A DNA stretch of 55,581 bases, filler included, from Sphacelaria rigidula (taxonomy: Eukaryota), in NCBI GenBank assembly GCA_964200075.2. It is 4 parts of 4 records of this genome, joined end to end, with 100 filler letters (N's around TTAATTAATTAA, not from the genome) between each part and the next. Parts side by side here need not be neighbours in the genome. Positions count along the whole stretch, not along the records: positions 13,923 to 27,744 come from CAXNAA020002645.1; positions 27,845 to 41,663 come from CAXNAA020002646.1; 2 more parts are not named here. One strand, 5' to 3'. The position numbers and the translations under genes were made by a program. Numbering within the stretch: the stretch's first letter is position 1; every line of letters begins with the position of its first letter. The notes under the pieces are model-generated. The model saw nothing but the letters and a program-made list of their open reading frames with translations. It ran no database searches and had not been told where the DNA came from. Below are positions 25,284 through 37,472 of the stretch, piece by piece.

Positions 25284-27509
25284 TTTTTGTTCTGATTTTT
25301 TCCCTCATGAATGACTTTTTTTTTTTCGGTGACGAGACGTTCCTTCGAGAGTAACGAATCGGTCTGGTGATGATGTTGTGGTGGAAACGGTATTTAGTTG
25401 TTATTTTTTTTGCTAGTAAAAAAAAGAGCATACAAGAAAATACAGGTTGGGTAGTTGATTGATGGTGTGATCACTTATGCCTTGTACTGAAAATGGCTTC
25501 ACAATGTATGTATACATGGCCGTGTGTGACTGAAACGAAGACGGTCGCGGAGGTTGAGGTGTCGACGTTAGTTAGTGGTTCAAGTTTGTTGTTTTCATTT
25601 TGGTGGTCGCTGTTTTTTTAGCTAAAGAAACAGGCGTTTGTATCGCTAACTTTGTTTCCCTTGCAGTTGTTCCCGCGTTTGTGTGCAGGCGAGGTGGAAC
25701 CATAGTGTAACGTGCTTCGGACACGGTGGTCTTCCGCCGTCATGATCCTAGGCTGCATGTTGATATCCGTGTGCGCTTGACGTGTGCTGAGTGTAGTACA
25801 GAGGAAATCAGTCATCTCTTCGTTTCGCATGATCATCGTGTCTCGCGCATTCGTGTTGATGTTGTACGAGACAGGAGTGGTACATCACCCCTAGTCCTGT
25901 TGGGTGCCTCCGCTCCTCCCGCCTCTTTTTTTGTAATTCGTTTTTGGGCGTATCATAGTGTGGTTGATTTAGGTGGTCGATGGTATCAGATGAGAGTAGA
26001 GAGCGCGTATTGACCGGTACGCGATTACGGAACACCTTGTAAGCAAACGGGGCGATATCCGGTTTTCTTGAGTATTCTTCCCTCCATTTTTGCGTCGGGG
26101 CGCAGTTTCGTTTTTCATTACTGTAAAATTGTGTGTGTGGGTGCGTTTGCGTGTGTGTGTGTGTTGCCACGTTCTATGTTCATATCGTGACGCCCTTAGA
26201 CAAGAGGTAATGTGACGTTCAACACTATGAGCGCGAGTAACAGTAAGTGAACGGGTAAGGAGAAACAGGTAACTAACGGGTATTTTCTTTTTTAATTCTC
26301 ATATTCACAGAACGGAAGATAACATGCACGGTACGAGGAGGAGGTGATGGTCTTCAGGGGGTGACCCAGTCGGCATACCTGGTTACGACAGCGCAGTGTA
26401 ATGCAAGGGTACTCATTTTTTTTAATGGCGAACTTGATGAGAACGAAATGTTGCCAGCCCGCGTTGAGTTCTTGTCCTTCTCGTTTTTCGTGATCATTTG
26501 TCCTTGAAGTACTTCGATGGAAGGGGGAGTAGGAGGAAGGCGGATAGATATTGAAGTGCACTTGATGCATACCATGCATTCTTTTCCTTTTTCTTCTATT
26601 GTTGGGGCAAGGTTGGGAGCTCTTCGTGTGCGCTACTTGTTCGGGCGGGCAGCCAGCGCTTAGTTACGGCAACGTGTAGGTAGCAGCAGGCTGATTACGG
26701 TGAAGATGTGAAAAGATTCGTGTCGAGGTGATGGAGGCGTGGGCATGAGAGGGCGTTAAAAAAAGTGAAAAATACTGGGGTACGTTGCTGATAAGTACAA
26801 AATGAAGAGTGCCAGTGCCGTTGCTGTAAAACGCACGTATCTTGGAAATGGCCAGTCTAGTTGTTAGTTTACGATTTTTCAACGCTCCAACGAGACACAC
26901 GTATCCTCCGTTCACACAAGCACAGGATGAGATCGTAGACTTTTTACGTCGGTTATTTAGATGGTCGCATTTCTTTTGTTTTTGCATGCCCTACTCGACG
27001 GTTAGTGTACAAGCTGGGTTAGGTGGATTCTTCACTCGTAACATAGTTAGTTCTGTACTCTGGTGGATATACTAAAATATTATGTTCGGTGTTATGTTCC
27101 GCGGAATGCGTGAGGAACGAAATGTGGTGGTGGTGGTGGTAGTAGTAACATGAACTGACTGAAAGGCGTTTTTTTGTTTTTGATTCGCACATGACTGGTA
27201 ATCATGAATGGATAGATATCTGAGCGCATAATTGACTCTTGCACTCCCCCAATCAAGAATCTCGGTTGATGTCAAGCTGTCAAGCCTGTCTGTCAAGGCG
27301 TTTGGTGTCGTTAAGACGAAACATCCCCTTTTCCCGGGGTAAACAACGCCTACCCATATCGTAAAAATCCTTCTTTTTCCTTTCGCACAACTAGGCCTGA
27401 GTCCTTTGTGCAGGCATGATTTCAAGCATAATTCGTCTTTTTTGCCCGAATTAGCATACGAGGATTATGCCAGCATAATCGGGGCTGAGCTAGCATAATC
27501 CTCCGTTAA

Positions 27510-27607
27510 TCCTTAGACCGCGAGGGTAGTCTCCTGTTGAATCAGCATCAATCTCAAGTGAAAAAAAGTCATCATGATCCAGAAAGACCAATCTCGCGGT
27601 CCAAGGG
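27510..27607. mobile_element. 98-bp piggyBac-like MITE
   Basis: TTAA|TCCTTAGACCGCGAG...CTCGCGGTCCAAGGG|TTCA. Confidence 0.75.
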
Positions 27608-27744
27608 TTCAGCGGCTTGACAATCAGGGCTGAGCTAGCGTTCCCCTGTCAAGGCTGTCAAGGCAGGCAATTAACAGCCAATCATCTATGTTGAGGATGG
27701 TGCTATTGATTGAGGATGAGAACCCGGAGGATTAAAATCTTCGT

Positions 27745-27844
27745 NNNNNNNNNNNNNNNNNNNNNNNNNNNNNNNNNNNNNNNNNNNNTTAATTAATTAA
27801 NNNNNNNNNNNNNNNNNNNNNNNNNNNNNNNNNNNNNNNNNNNN
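27745..27844. other. Artificial scaffold linker
   Basis: 44N+TTAATTAATTAA+44N. Confidence 0.97.
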
Positions 27845-27991
27845 GACTAAGGCAAGCAACAAATGAGTACGCCCCCCCCCCCCGGCCCTCCCCTCGTACA
27901 TGCACATGGCCCGGACAGTACAACCATAACGACGCTATGTACCACCCATTCCGGAGTGAGGAGGAGAAGCAGCCGAAGATCCGAACGGACG

Positions 27992-28215
27992 TTCGCTAAT
28001 GCGCTCTTGGAAGAAACTCGTTACGTGGTGGAAGAGTTCGTGGACGACGGTCGCCTGCCCGCGAAGGAGGTCATCAGTGGAGTTCTTGATTTGCTCTCGG
28101 GTGTTGGCCAAGCGATTCCGTTCCTTGCCCCCGTCGTGGTGGCTTTGCAGCTCGTGGTGGACGCCGTGCGGGCGGCGAAACGGAACAAGACAGAGCTCGC
28201 GGAACTAGTGGAACG
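27992..28215 (+). CDS. NLR-like protein exon A: MLKL-like/4HB N-terminal domain (true start unresolved)
   Basis: ...EVISGVLDLLSGVGQAIPFLAPVVVALQLVVDAVRAAKRNKTELAELVER, donor CG|GTGCGT in phase 2. Confidence 0.8.
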
Positions 28216-28461
28216 GTGCGTCCCGGCGACATTTTGTGACTGTGTCCCTTGCGTTGTTTCTGTTTTTGCGTGCTTCACGGGCATCTGTGAGCTAGGGGTC
28301 ACGGATACGAGCTAAGAGGGCTTAGCACAACACGAAACGGACTTATGCCGGGAGAGGAGGCCAGCAAGATCACTAGCAGCATCTCTTGGACGTGGCTGGG
28401 AACCCGAACTGGTTTACTTAGCAGCACTTGTTGAATGCGTGTACGAATCCACTGATGAGCC

Positions 28462-28666
28462 TGTCATGCGTGAGAGGACCGCGTGCTTAATGAACCGCAT
28501 CGTAGTTCGAAACACCTTAGGATCGACATTTCCCAAAACTAATCGGGTCAGTCTCTGCGGGGACCACTCCCCTGACCCTGACCCCAACACTAACCTTAAC
28601 CCTAACCATAAGGGTATTTAAACTTCGATGCGATCCCCTTAGCACCTGGTCCTCCCACGCATTACA
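28462..28666. mobile_element. MITE with TGT...ACA ends, 5-bp TSD and internal telomere-like repeats
   Basis: GAGCC|TGTCATGCGTGAGAGGACC...GGTCCTCCCACGCATTACA|GAGCC, with an internal CCCTAA-like run. Confidence 0.85.
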
Positions 28667-28915
28667 GAGCCGTTGACATCGTCGCCCTGGTTCCCCCTCC
28701 CCCGCTTGTGTGCGCATAGACCACTTCCGTCCGCGAACGCTACTTTTATTCTCGGCTGTTTCCGATGCCACAGTAGAAAGGAACATCACACACTGCAGCT
28801 CTAATCTCGGTACAAGCAGCTATTTTTACCACCGTTTACCCATTGTCCTATGGCCCTCTTTTCCCAATGAGTATTTGCTATTCTACAATGCATGTTGTGC
28901 TCTTGTACTGTGCAG

Positions 28916-29090
28916 AAACGTGGTGATTCTCGGACACATCATCCACAAATGCCGAAGCACGGCAGCTCAGGTGGACGTGAGTCCGCTTACAAATGTCTTG
29001 AAAGACTTGAAACAGCTCGCCGACAGGCATCGTGCCCGAGGGGTATTCTCCAGGATGTTTCTAGTTCGGTCCGACCACGCACGCATCCAG
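28916..29090 (+). CDS. NLR-like protein exon B
   Basis: TGCAG|A+NVVILGHIIHKCRSTAAQVDVSPLTNVLKDLKQLADRHRARGVFSRMFLVRSDHARIQ|GTGAGG. Phases match exons A and C. Confidence 0.85.
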
Positions 29091-29441
29091 GTGAGGAGAC
29101 TCGCAATCGGAAATTGCAGCGATGGTGCATTTTCCGCTTGCATTTCCTTGACGTCATCGTGAAGGCCATGGTAGAGATTTTGTCGGCGATTGTATCCTGT
29201 GATTGCCCAGGGTTATTTATATTTGTGTCGACCTGTGATCATTGCTCACATGCGGTGGGCCGTCGGAGTGACGAGAAAAACCTGCGACATATTACGGCTG
29301 CTAAAACAACGGTGGAATGGATTGAAACAGGCAAGAGAGTATTCCCTCTTCGATTGCAACAAACGAGGTGATGCTGTCGACAAACGGCGAGACACACGGC
29401 ATTTTCATTAATCCCTGCCATGCACTTTTTTGTTCACCCAG

Positions 29442-29570
29442 GAGATGAAAGACAAGATCGATCATTTGGTGCTGACCCTCAACCTCGGTGCCTCTGTGAA
29501 GGTGTCGGAGCAGGTGGAGGAATTACGACGTAGCGTCCAGACCCGCCTCTCGGGCCAAAAGACACTATTG
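29442..29570 (+). CDS. NLR-like protein exon C
   Basis: TTTTGTTCACCCAG|EMKDKIDHLVLTLNLGASVKVSEQVEELRRSVQTRLSGQKTLL|GTGAGT, phase 0/0. Confidence 0.85.
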
Positions 29571-30171
29571 GTGAGTTTTTTGGGTCCCTATCTTACGAGA
29601 GAGAGACAGGAGGGGGGAACGCTGTCTAAACAAATACCTAAGTTTAAAGTATTGGATACGGAGGTAAAATGTGCTCTGGTAATTGTACTTGGTCGCGCGC
29701 GAGTTTTCGTTTTTGTCACCTCGGCTTCTGGCTTTCTTTTCTCCCTTACTTCTGCTCCTAGTGTCGCTTCCGAGCGTAATATTGTAGGTATCTGTGCGAA
29801 CGTGAGATTTGTTCTAGAGCGTGCCATTTATCCTTAAATATCCGCTGGGAATCGCTGCACGTTTTCATCATCTAAAATCCAATAAACGGTTCAGCAGTTA
29901 CTCTAAGCACCGGATGTGCATAACATTATGTGTGGTTTATTCTTTATTATCACCCAGCATCGCCAGTGAATATGTAATTAACATGTCGTCTCGCTACGTC
30001 AGGGTAGATTGCTGTGCGCGAACCTGCAGCCCGCTGGGACACCTCGAGCGCCCGAAAGCGCACTTCAGTAGAACCCCTTTCACGCGAAGAGGATTCTTGA
30101 TGTGCGTTGAGCTGGGCTCACAGCTGGATGGAAAGAAAATCGCCCCCGAGTCCTAAGAAGCGTGTGCGCCT

Positions 30172-30702
30172 TGTTCGGTACCCTCTGACGCCAGCACATA
30201 GCTAGTGGTATGGTCTCTCCACGACAATGTGTCATTGGTGTACTCCAAGAATGTGTGATGGTCTCCCTTTACTAACCTCTTGTTAATTTCCCCTCTCCAG
30301 CCCTCTCTTGTCGGTCACCATACTTGGTCTACGGCGGTAGTCTCAAACCTACTACTGGACACTCGGGATGAGCCTTAGCCTAGTTAGTTGGGTAGGGTAC
30401 CAGACGTGAAGGTGATTCAGGCGGCCTTGCGGGAACGCCATATCCATCCAATTTTTTCTGGAGCCTTCTATCTGAACCTGCTCTCTAAACCTCTCTGAAC
30501 CCCAAATATAGGACCTTCAATACGAACCTACACAGTCATCTGGACCTACAATCACATTGGCTAGAGTAATGGTTCCCGAACCATTCCTCTTACTACCTCG
30601 CGCTGAACCGTACCGGCTCCGGTTCCTGGCTTGTTCCTGCCGACGCCTCGTTCCGAACTGTACGGGCTCCTGATGTACCGTGTGGGGCATCTTACTCGGA
30701 CA
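30172..30702 (-). repeat. 3' LTR of the copia element (531 bp)
   Basis: Direct repeat of 36837-37369, preceded on the minus strand by AGCGAAAGTGGAGA (PPT-like). Confidence 0.9.
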
Positions 30703-31279
30703 TCTCCACTTTCGCTACAGCAACCCTGACTTCTACGGTACTTCAACTTCCTCTTTTTTATTCACCTCTTCCCGTTTGATACTCCCTACTGGATTCCAAC
30801 GGTCGCCCACCCTTGATATGCAATCATGCATATCAAGCAGACGTCTTCAGGTCCAGGGTCTTGGTCAACATATCCGCTGCTGTTCCTGTGTCTCAACATG
30901 CGTGACGCGGACATTCCCGAGCTCCACTGTATCGCGGATAATGTGGTGTTTGACGTCGATGTGCCTCGTCCGGCGGCTCGCGTGCTTGTTGTTTGCCAAT
31001 TTGATTGCTCCTTCGTTGTCTTCCCTGATCGTGATGAGGTAGCTCTTCAACTCCGGCGTTATGAACTCCCGCATCTGTCCTACAGTAGGAAGAATACTGC
31101 CTGCACGATTAGAGCAATGTATTCAGCTTCCGTCGAGCTCGCAGCGACCGTCCCTTGCATGCTCGAGAACCAACGAATTGCTCCTGCACGCAGGAGCACT
31201 GCTCCTCCAGTCACTAATCAGGCTGCTGGTATTATGAACTCCTGCATCTGTCGTAGGAAAAACACTTCCTGCACGGATA

Positions 31280-31536
31280 GAGCAATGCTACGGTAGGGGT
31301 GCACTTTTTTAGCGAAATCTTGTCTAGTTCAGGGGTTCCTGACGATTCTAGATGCACGAGAATATGGGTCAGGGCATCCCCGTTGGCAAATTCATTCGGG
31401 ATATCCCCAGCACATTGGAGCAGTAATTCTGGCGTACTTTCACATAGCTTCATGAGGGGTGTTTTGCATGAGATCAAGGGCTCTTGACATTTCTAACCTA
31501 AGAAAATATTTGTGCACCCCTACCGTAACATCACTC
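31280..31536. mobile_element. 257-bp MITE, GAG..CTC termini, 4-bp TSD (Sola-like)
   Basis: GATA|GAGCAATGCTACGGTAGGGGTGCAC...GTGCACCCCTACCGTAACATCACTC|GATA. Confidence 0.85.
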
Positions 31537-31767
31537 GATAGAGCACTGTATTCAGCTTCCGTCGAGCCTGCAGCGATCGTCCCTTTCATGCTCGAGAACC
31601 AGCTAATTGCCCCTGCATTCATGAGCACTGCTCCTCCAGTCACTAGTCAGGCGCGTGGCATAGTCAGAATCAGCGTACGCCTTCATCTCAGTGCCGCTGT
31701 ATGCGCACCTCCCGTAGGTGATGCCGAGGTCCTGAGTTCTGCGCAGGTATTGCAGTATCTTCACGGC

Positions 31768-32069
31768 CAACAACGTTTTCGCGGCATTGAGATCCTTACA
31801 TTGATTGAGAGTGATTTTTATTATTTGCCCTAAGTTGAACAATTTTTCGTCTTGTGGGTGCGTTTCTTTGCCTGTAATACCGTTGTATACTTACAGCTAC
31901 ACCTCGATATCCTTCTCAGGGGTATCAAAGGCTTCAGTGGAATACTACTGCAGAAAGTGAATATCAGACCTGGAAGGGTATTTCGGAACTGAAACTATGT
32001 CATTTATTAATCGATCACTTCTCACTCTCAATCGTATCCTAGACTCTCAATTTCACGAAAACATTGTTG
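31768..32069. mobile_element. ~300-bp MITE with 2-bp TSD, inserted in copia pol
   Basis: GC|CAACAACGTTTTCG...CGAAAACATTGTTG|GC. Removing it restores NWRAVKILQYL. Confidence 0.8.
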
Positions 32070-33681
32070 GCTCTCCAGTTCTTCTTACCTGGGTTCTCGC
32101 GATTTTGCGACAGTACGGACTGTTCTTGAGATTCCGGCCTCGTCATAGTCGCAGCCCACATGATAACCCCTACTGCTTCGTGGTAGGAGATATCCCGCAT
32201 CTCCTACTCTTCTTGTGGTGTCCTTGGCTCATCCTCCCACAATATTAGTGGCTTGCCTGCTGTCGAAGGTACCATGGCGGTCTTATCGATGCCAAATCTG
32301 TCAACGATCGTTAGCAGACGCAGATCTTGGCTAATTTCCAGTTTTCGCTTCTCGTGGTTTCTGGTGTGGCACCTCATGTAGTACGAGGCCTCCCCGAGGT
32401 CCTTGACCTTGTATCGAAAACCTAGTTCCTCCACGAGAGACTCCATCCTCCCTGACGTGGTCGTTTGGGCCAAGAGGTCGTCCACGTAGACGACGAGGAT
32501 TGCCACGATGTCTCCCACGTTTAGCTCCCGGAAGACGCAGAGGTCGGCGTGCGGTTGTTCAAAACCCATTTCCTTCAGGTCGCCGGTGAGCTTCAAGTTC
32601 CAGCGGCCGGACTGTACGATGCCGCATATCGCTCTTGTTCAGCCTTGCACGAACTCTTGGTGCTCTTCCGGCACCTCAATGTAGATGTCGGTGTCGATGT
32701 CGACCATCAGGTAAGCTTGTTCGAAGTCGAGGTGGCGCATCTCCATGTCCGTGAATGCCCCAGTTGCGAGTGCCATGCGGACGCTTGCCGCTGTCGCTGT
32801 GGGTAATGGCGACTCCGTGTAGTGCAGTCCTTCGATCTGCCTGCATGCCCGAGTGACGAAGCGTCACTTGTGTTTCAGTACCTCACCGTGTTCCCCGATC
32901 TTCTTGGTGCAGAGCCGCTTGGTCCCGAGCACCACCTTCCCTTTCGGACGCGGTGCCTAGGCCCATACGTCTTTCGATTAGCCCGTCCATTTCCGTCCTT
33001 TCTGCTGCTTCCCAGGATGACTATATCGGGCCATGTCCTCCATGTGACTCTGTGGTCCGGGGGGAAGATCATTTTGTCGCCCAACCGGTTGTGCGAGTGC
33101 CGCCTGCATCGCGGTGATGTTCCATTCGACCGGGGCTATCGTTGCATGGAACTCGAGCTCGCCGTCACTCGCTAGGGCGACGCTTAGCGCGGCCTCGCCG
33201 CTTTCATCACCGTCCCCTCGACCGCTCCTGGTAAGTATGCTGTGAACGGTGGGCTGGTTCCTAGCCCAGGTATTCGCGATCCTTCGAAGTGCGGCTTGTT
33301 CCCGGCGCTCCTCTTCTGACGCGGAACCCAGTCTTTTCTGCTCCTCGGCGATCCTCCGTGTTTTGAAGGTAGCTCCAGATCTTTCTTCTCTGCTGCCGGT
33401 TCGCCACACTCCGAGCATGTTTTCTCACCTTGTTCAGACTCTTCGTGGCTAGCCTCTCGCCGTCCCACTCCGCAACCATCCACGCTTTCGATCGCCTGCA
33501 TCACCTCCGTTTCTCTTGTTGGAGCAGGCTGTGGGGCCTGCTCGCCGATCGGTCGTTCCGTGATGCTCTCTGGTCGCCATGAAATGTGTTGTCGATCGAC
33601 AATTTGTTGGGTGGGGATGCTGGGGACCTTGCACGTGCCGCACGGGTGTTGGGAAAAATGCCCAACATGATACACTTTTCA

Positions 33682-34483
33682 AAGCAATGCTACGGTAGGG
33701 GTACACAAATATTTTCTGAGGTTAGAATTGTGGGAGCCCTTTGTCTCATTCAAAACACGCCTTATGAAATACAGTAGTGGGCGGTCTAACTATTCAGGGG
33801 TGTTTTGGGTGTTTCCTCGCGTACTACTCTTCGATAGACCTCGAAAATGCTAGCATCAGTAAACTTTGGTACAATAAACAGATCATTCTCGAAACACAGT
33901 GCCCAAGGCAGTGTTAGTTGGTGTTATCCGGCGGTACGAGTAAATACCCTGTTTATCAGGAGGGTGTTATTGACCGTGAAACACAGTTTTTCTGCTCTAG
34001 TGCAATGAGTAGGTAGAATTTCAAAGAACTAAAACTGTACATTCCTCCAAAAATATGATCGGGACAGCCTCGATCGACCGAAAATACTGAAGAGTAAGAA
34101 TCTGGCCTGAAACGTCGTAGGACCCGCGATGATCGGTCAGCTCGTAAGTCACTCAATATTGAGTCCAGATGTTTTTTCAAGGAATGTGGAGCGAATGCAA
34201 ATATCTTCAGCTCCCCGATGTGATAAACGGTGGCAAGCGGGAAGGGTTCAAGAAAATCGCCAATTACGATAAAATCGCAAATGCCACACAATGGATAGTT
34301 AGACCGTCCACTACTGTATGTGAGAGTACGCCAGGATTACTGTTCTAATGTGCTAGGGATATTCCGAATGAGGTTGCAACGGGGGATGCCCTCGCCCATA
34401 TTCTTGTGCATCTATGACCATTAGGAGCCCCTGAACCAGACAAGAGTTTGCGCAAAAAGTGCACCCCTACCGTAGTATTGCTC
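33682..34483. mobile_element. Sola-like MITE (opposite orientation to the 31280 copy) carrying a nested insertion
   Basis: TTCA|AAGCAATGCTACGGTAGGGG...CCCCTACCGTAGTATTGCTC|TTCA. Length is 255 bp after removing the nested element. Confidence 0.85.
33772..34316. mobile_element. 545-bp Tc1/mariner-type MITE nested in the Sola-like MITE
   Basis: TA|CAGTAGTGGGCGGTCTAACTAT...ATAGTTAGACCGTCCACTACTG|TA. The empty site is visible in the 31280 copy. Confidence 0.88.
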
Positions 34484-36836
34484 TTCACGCCGCGGCTCCA
34501 GCTATTGTTCTTCCTCGCAGTTTTCCGCTTGTAACCGACCGTTGCGAATGGGTGCAGTGCTCAAGCGGAGGAGGTTTCACGCACCACATCTCATACGTTG
34601 TTACCCCGTTTGCGTTTGTCGTCGTTATGCACATGTTCGTTGCAGTGGTGGTGTCGTTTCACGCCTCGGCCCAGAATCTCTCGATGGACGCGCCCGTGCC
34701 CTGCTTCTTGAGGGCGGTTGTCTTTTCTCGAAGTAATCCCAGTGCCCTATCGGCGACACCGTTATACTGCGAAGTATCGGGCGGCGTGAGTTGATAGGTG
34801 ATACTGAGCCCGTTCGGCTTGTGCTGGAAAGTGCCCTCGAACTCACCGCTCTTCTCTATGTGAACGGGCCCCATCGTCCGTTCGGCGGGGAAAATGTAAT
34901 CGGCGATGTAGCTCTGTAGCGCAGCCGTGGTATGGTCCTTGCTCTTCAAGCACTTGGTCACCTTGAATCGACTGTGGTCGTCCACAGAAATCATTACGTA
35001 CTTGCTGCCTGCCAAGGTGGCGATAAGGCATCGGACCAGCCAGGTCGACGTTCAGCAGCGCTGCCCGTGTTGAAGCGCGAGATGCCGTTTTTTGGCGCTG
35101 CATGTCGGTGGATCTTCGTCGCGTCACACCTCGGACAGTAGCTTCACCCCCCAGTCAGTTTGAGCGCCTTGACCATCATCCTGGTAATGCGCTCGCTTGG
35201 GTGCGCCATCATACGGTGACCCTCTATGATGTCACGCCGTGTGGGTATCGATGCGAGCGTTGCGCGCTCCGCTGTCGCAGCGTTTCGCCTGGCCTTCATC
35301 TCGCGGAATCCGGATGACTCGTTCAAGTCGACAACATAGCATGCATCCTCGCCGACGCCCAGGTGGGCGCGCAACGGTGAATTCGAAAATAGCTGACCAG
35401 TCATGAGGGCTAGCTGACGTTCGGAGATGAGGTTGCGTCCCTACCGGGGCACGTGAAGGACTCTCCCCAGTGAGATGTTGGTCGGTCCTTCCGGCTGCTC
35501 TTCCTTAATTCCGAGCAGGCCGGTTCGAGCTACTGGGTGACTCTTCCCATCGACGATTTTGACCGACGTACCAGCTGGCACCGGCTGGTATTTGTGGAAT
35601 CCTTCCGTTGAAGGCGTCGTATTGCTGGTAGCTCCCAAGTCTGCGGCCCAAGTCTCGTGTCCACCACCAGAGGGGTCGCTGGTGCCGTTGCCGACCGATT
35701 CTGCGGTGAGGGTAGTCTCCTTGGCTGGCGGGTGGAGCTCCCTCGACAGCAATGCGGATTCGTTCCCGCCTTCCTCAGTCCATCTCTTCTCGCAAGCCGC
35801 GGCCTTATGTCCCGGGCTCCCACAGATGAAGCATCTGGTATCCTTCTTCGGTTTCCCGCCACCACGGTATTCTCTCCATCGTGTCCCCGCTTTCCGCATT
35901 TCGAGCACTCGCCATTGAACTTCAAGCGCAGATTTCCCCGTTTTTCCTTCGTGTTGGCGGGCTGAGACTTTTTTGACCCGGCTTCGCCACGGCCACAAGT
36001 GCTTTCGCACCAGCTTCACCCCTCTCCTTCTCGAGCCGCCGGTATTGGTTGTCAAGGACTTTCTCGATGTGCTCCCGTGAGGAATCTGGGGCCTCTCCTT
36101 CCAACATTCGCCGGTCGATGGTGTACTCCTGCGTGAGTCCACTCAAGATGGCCTTGCGTTTCTTGTCCTCGTCGACCCTTTGCCCCACTCGTCTCAGCTC
36201 GTTGGCGGCTTCGTGCACCTGCATCATGGAGTTCGTGGGCTCCTCTCCCGGCTCCATCCTCAGCGCGGCAAACTCAGCTACAAGGCGGCTCCCTGAGGCA
36301 ACTCACACGATACCCCTGAAGCAACTTCTTCCATGCCGTGCTGGGTGAGTAGGTGATCTGTACGGTTTGTTTTGCTGGGCCTTTACAGGTGGAGATGAGG
36401 GCTGACCACGCCCGTGATGCGTTCTTAATCCGCACTGGGTCGGCTCCGTCGTCGTTGAAGCGTTCCGCTCCAACCTTCATCTCATCTTCAGCTATAAGCT
36501 CCGAAGCAAAGCCGAATATCCTCGCCTGCGCCAGGAAGGTTTTATGCCAGTCTGGCCAGTCCTGTTCTTCCCCGGAGAAGGACTGAGGGTCGACTTTGTA
36601 TTCCGTTCGTTCTCGAGCATTCGTCGTTGAGTCGCCGGAGGCTGCGTCTGGAGCGGGAATCGGAGCTGGAGCTGGAGGGGCTGTAGCCTGTGCTGTAGAG
36701 CTACCGCTACAGTTACATAAATCATTTATGCCATCTCTATCTTGACTGCCTCGCCCGTTCCTGCAGTCTTCCACTCTTACTTCAGGAGTATAATGATGTA
36801 AAGTTTGTGCCTAAGCGGCAACAACGCGTTATGACC

Positions 36837-37369
36837 TGTTCTGTACTATCTGACACCAGCAGATAGCTAGTGGTACGACCTCTCCAAGACGATGTGTCGT
36901 TGGCGTCGTTGGCGTACCCCAAGAATGTGTGATGGTCTCCTTTACAAATTTATCATTAACTTCCCTTTTAGCCCTCTCTTGTCGGTCACTGTACTTGGTC
37001 TACAACGGTTGTTGTCTTAATACCACTGCTGGACACTCGGGATGAGCCTTGGCCTAGTTGGGTAGGGTACTAGACCGGAAGGTGATTCAGGTGGCCTTGC
37101 GCGAACACCGGATCCATCGTGTTCTGGAACTTTTCCTCTGAACCTTCCCTCTGAACCTCTCTGGATCCCAACTATGGGACTTTCAATACGGATCTACATA
37201 GCCGTCTGGCTGGGCTGAATCATACTCAGTGCAGTACTGGTTCCCGGATCGTTCCATATGGTACCTCGCGCTGAACCGTACCGGCTCCGGTTCCTGACCG
37301 TTTCTGCCGACGCCTCGTTCCGAACCGTACTGGCTCCTAATGTACCGTGTGGAGCATCTTGCTCGGACA
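36837..37369 (-). repeat. 5' LTR of the copia element (533 bp)
   Basis: Direct repeat of 30172-30702, followed on the minus strand by GGTCAT and gag. Confidence 0.9.
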
Positions 37370-37472
37370 CACCTTGATTCAACATCTCGCGGGATGACAA
37401 AGCGTTCTACTTATACACGAGACTGACACAAACTCTCCACTTCTCCAACAATGAAAACGGGGGGGGGCTTTC

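Larger units (their letters stand above)
30172..37369 (-). mobile_element. Decayed full-length Ty1/copia LTR retrotransposon in NLR intron 3
   Basis: LTRs 30172-30702 and 36837-37369 (TG..CA), TSD CGCCT/CACCT, GGTCAT PBS-like site and purine tract. Broken ORFs in copia order: gag (CFICGSPGHKAAAC), protease (WAADLGAT), integrase (VDDHSRF, QYNGVADR), RT (VYVDDLL), RNase H (EDNEGAI, RTRHIDVKHH). Confidence 0.93.

Noticed and set aside
28570-28607. Interstitial telomere or chromosome fusion scar
   Set aside because: The repeats lie inside a TIR/TSD-bounded MITE with a second copy at 37473.
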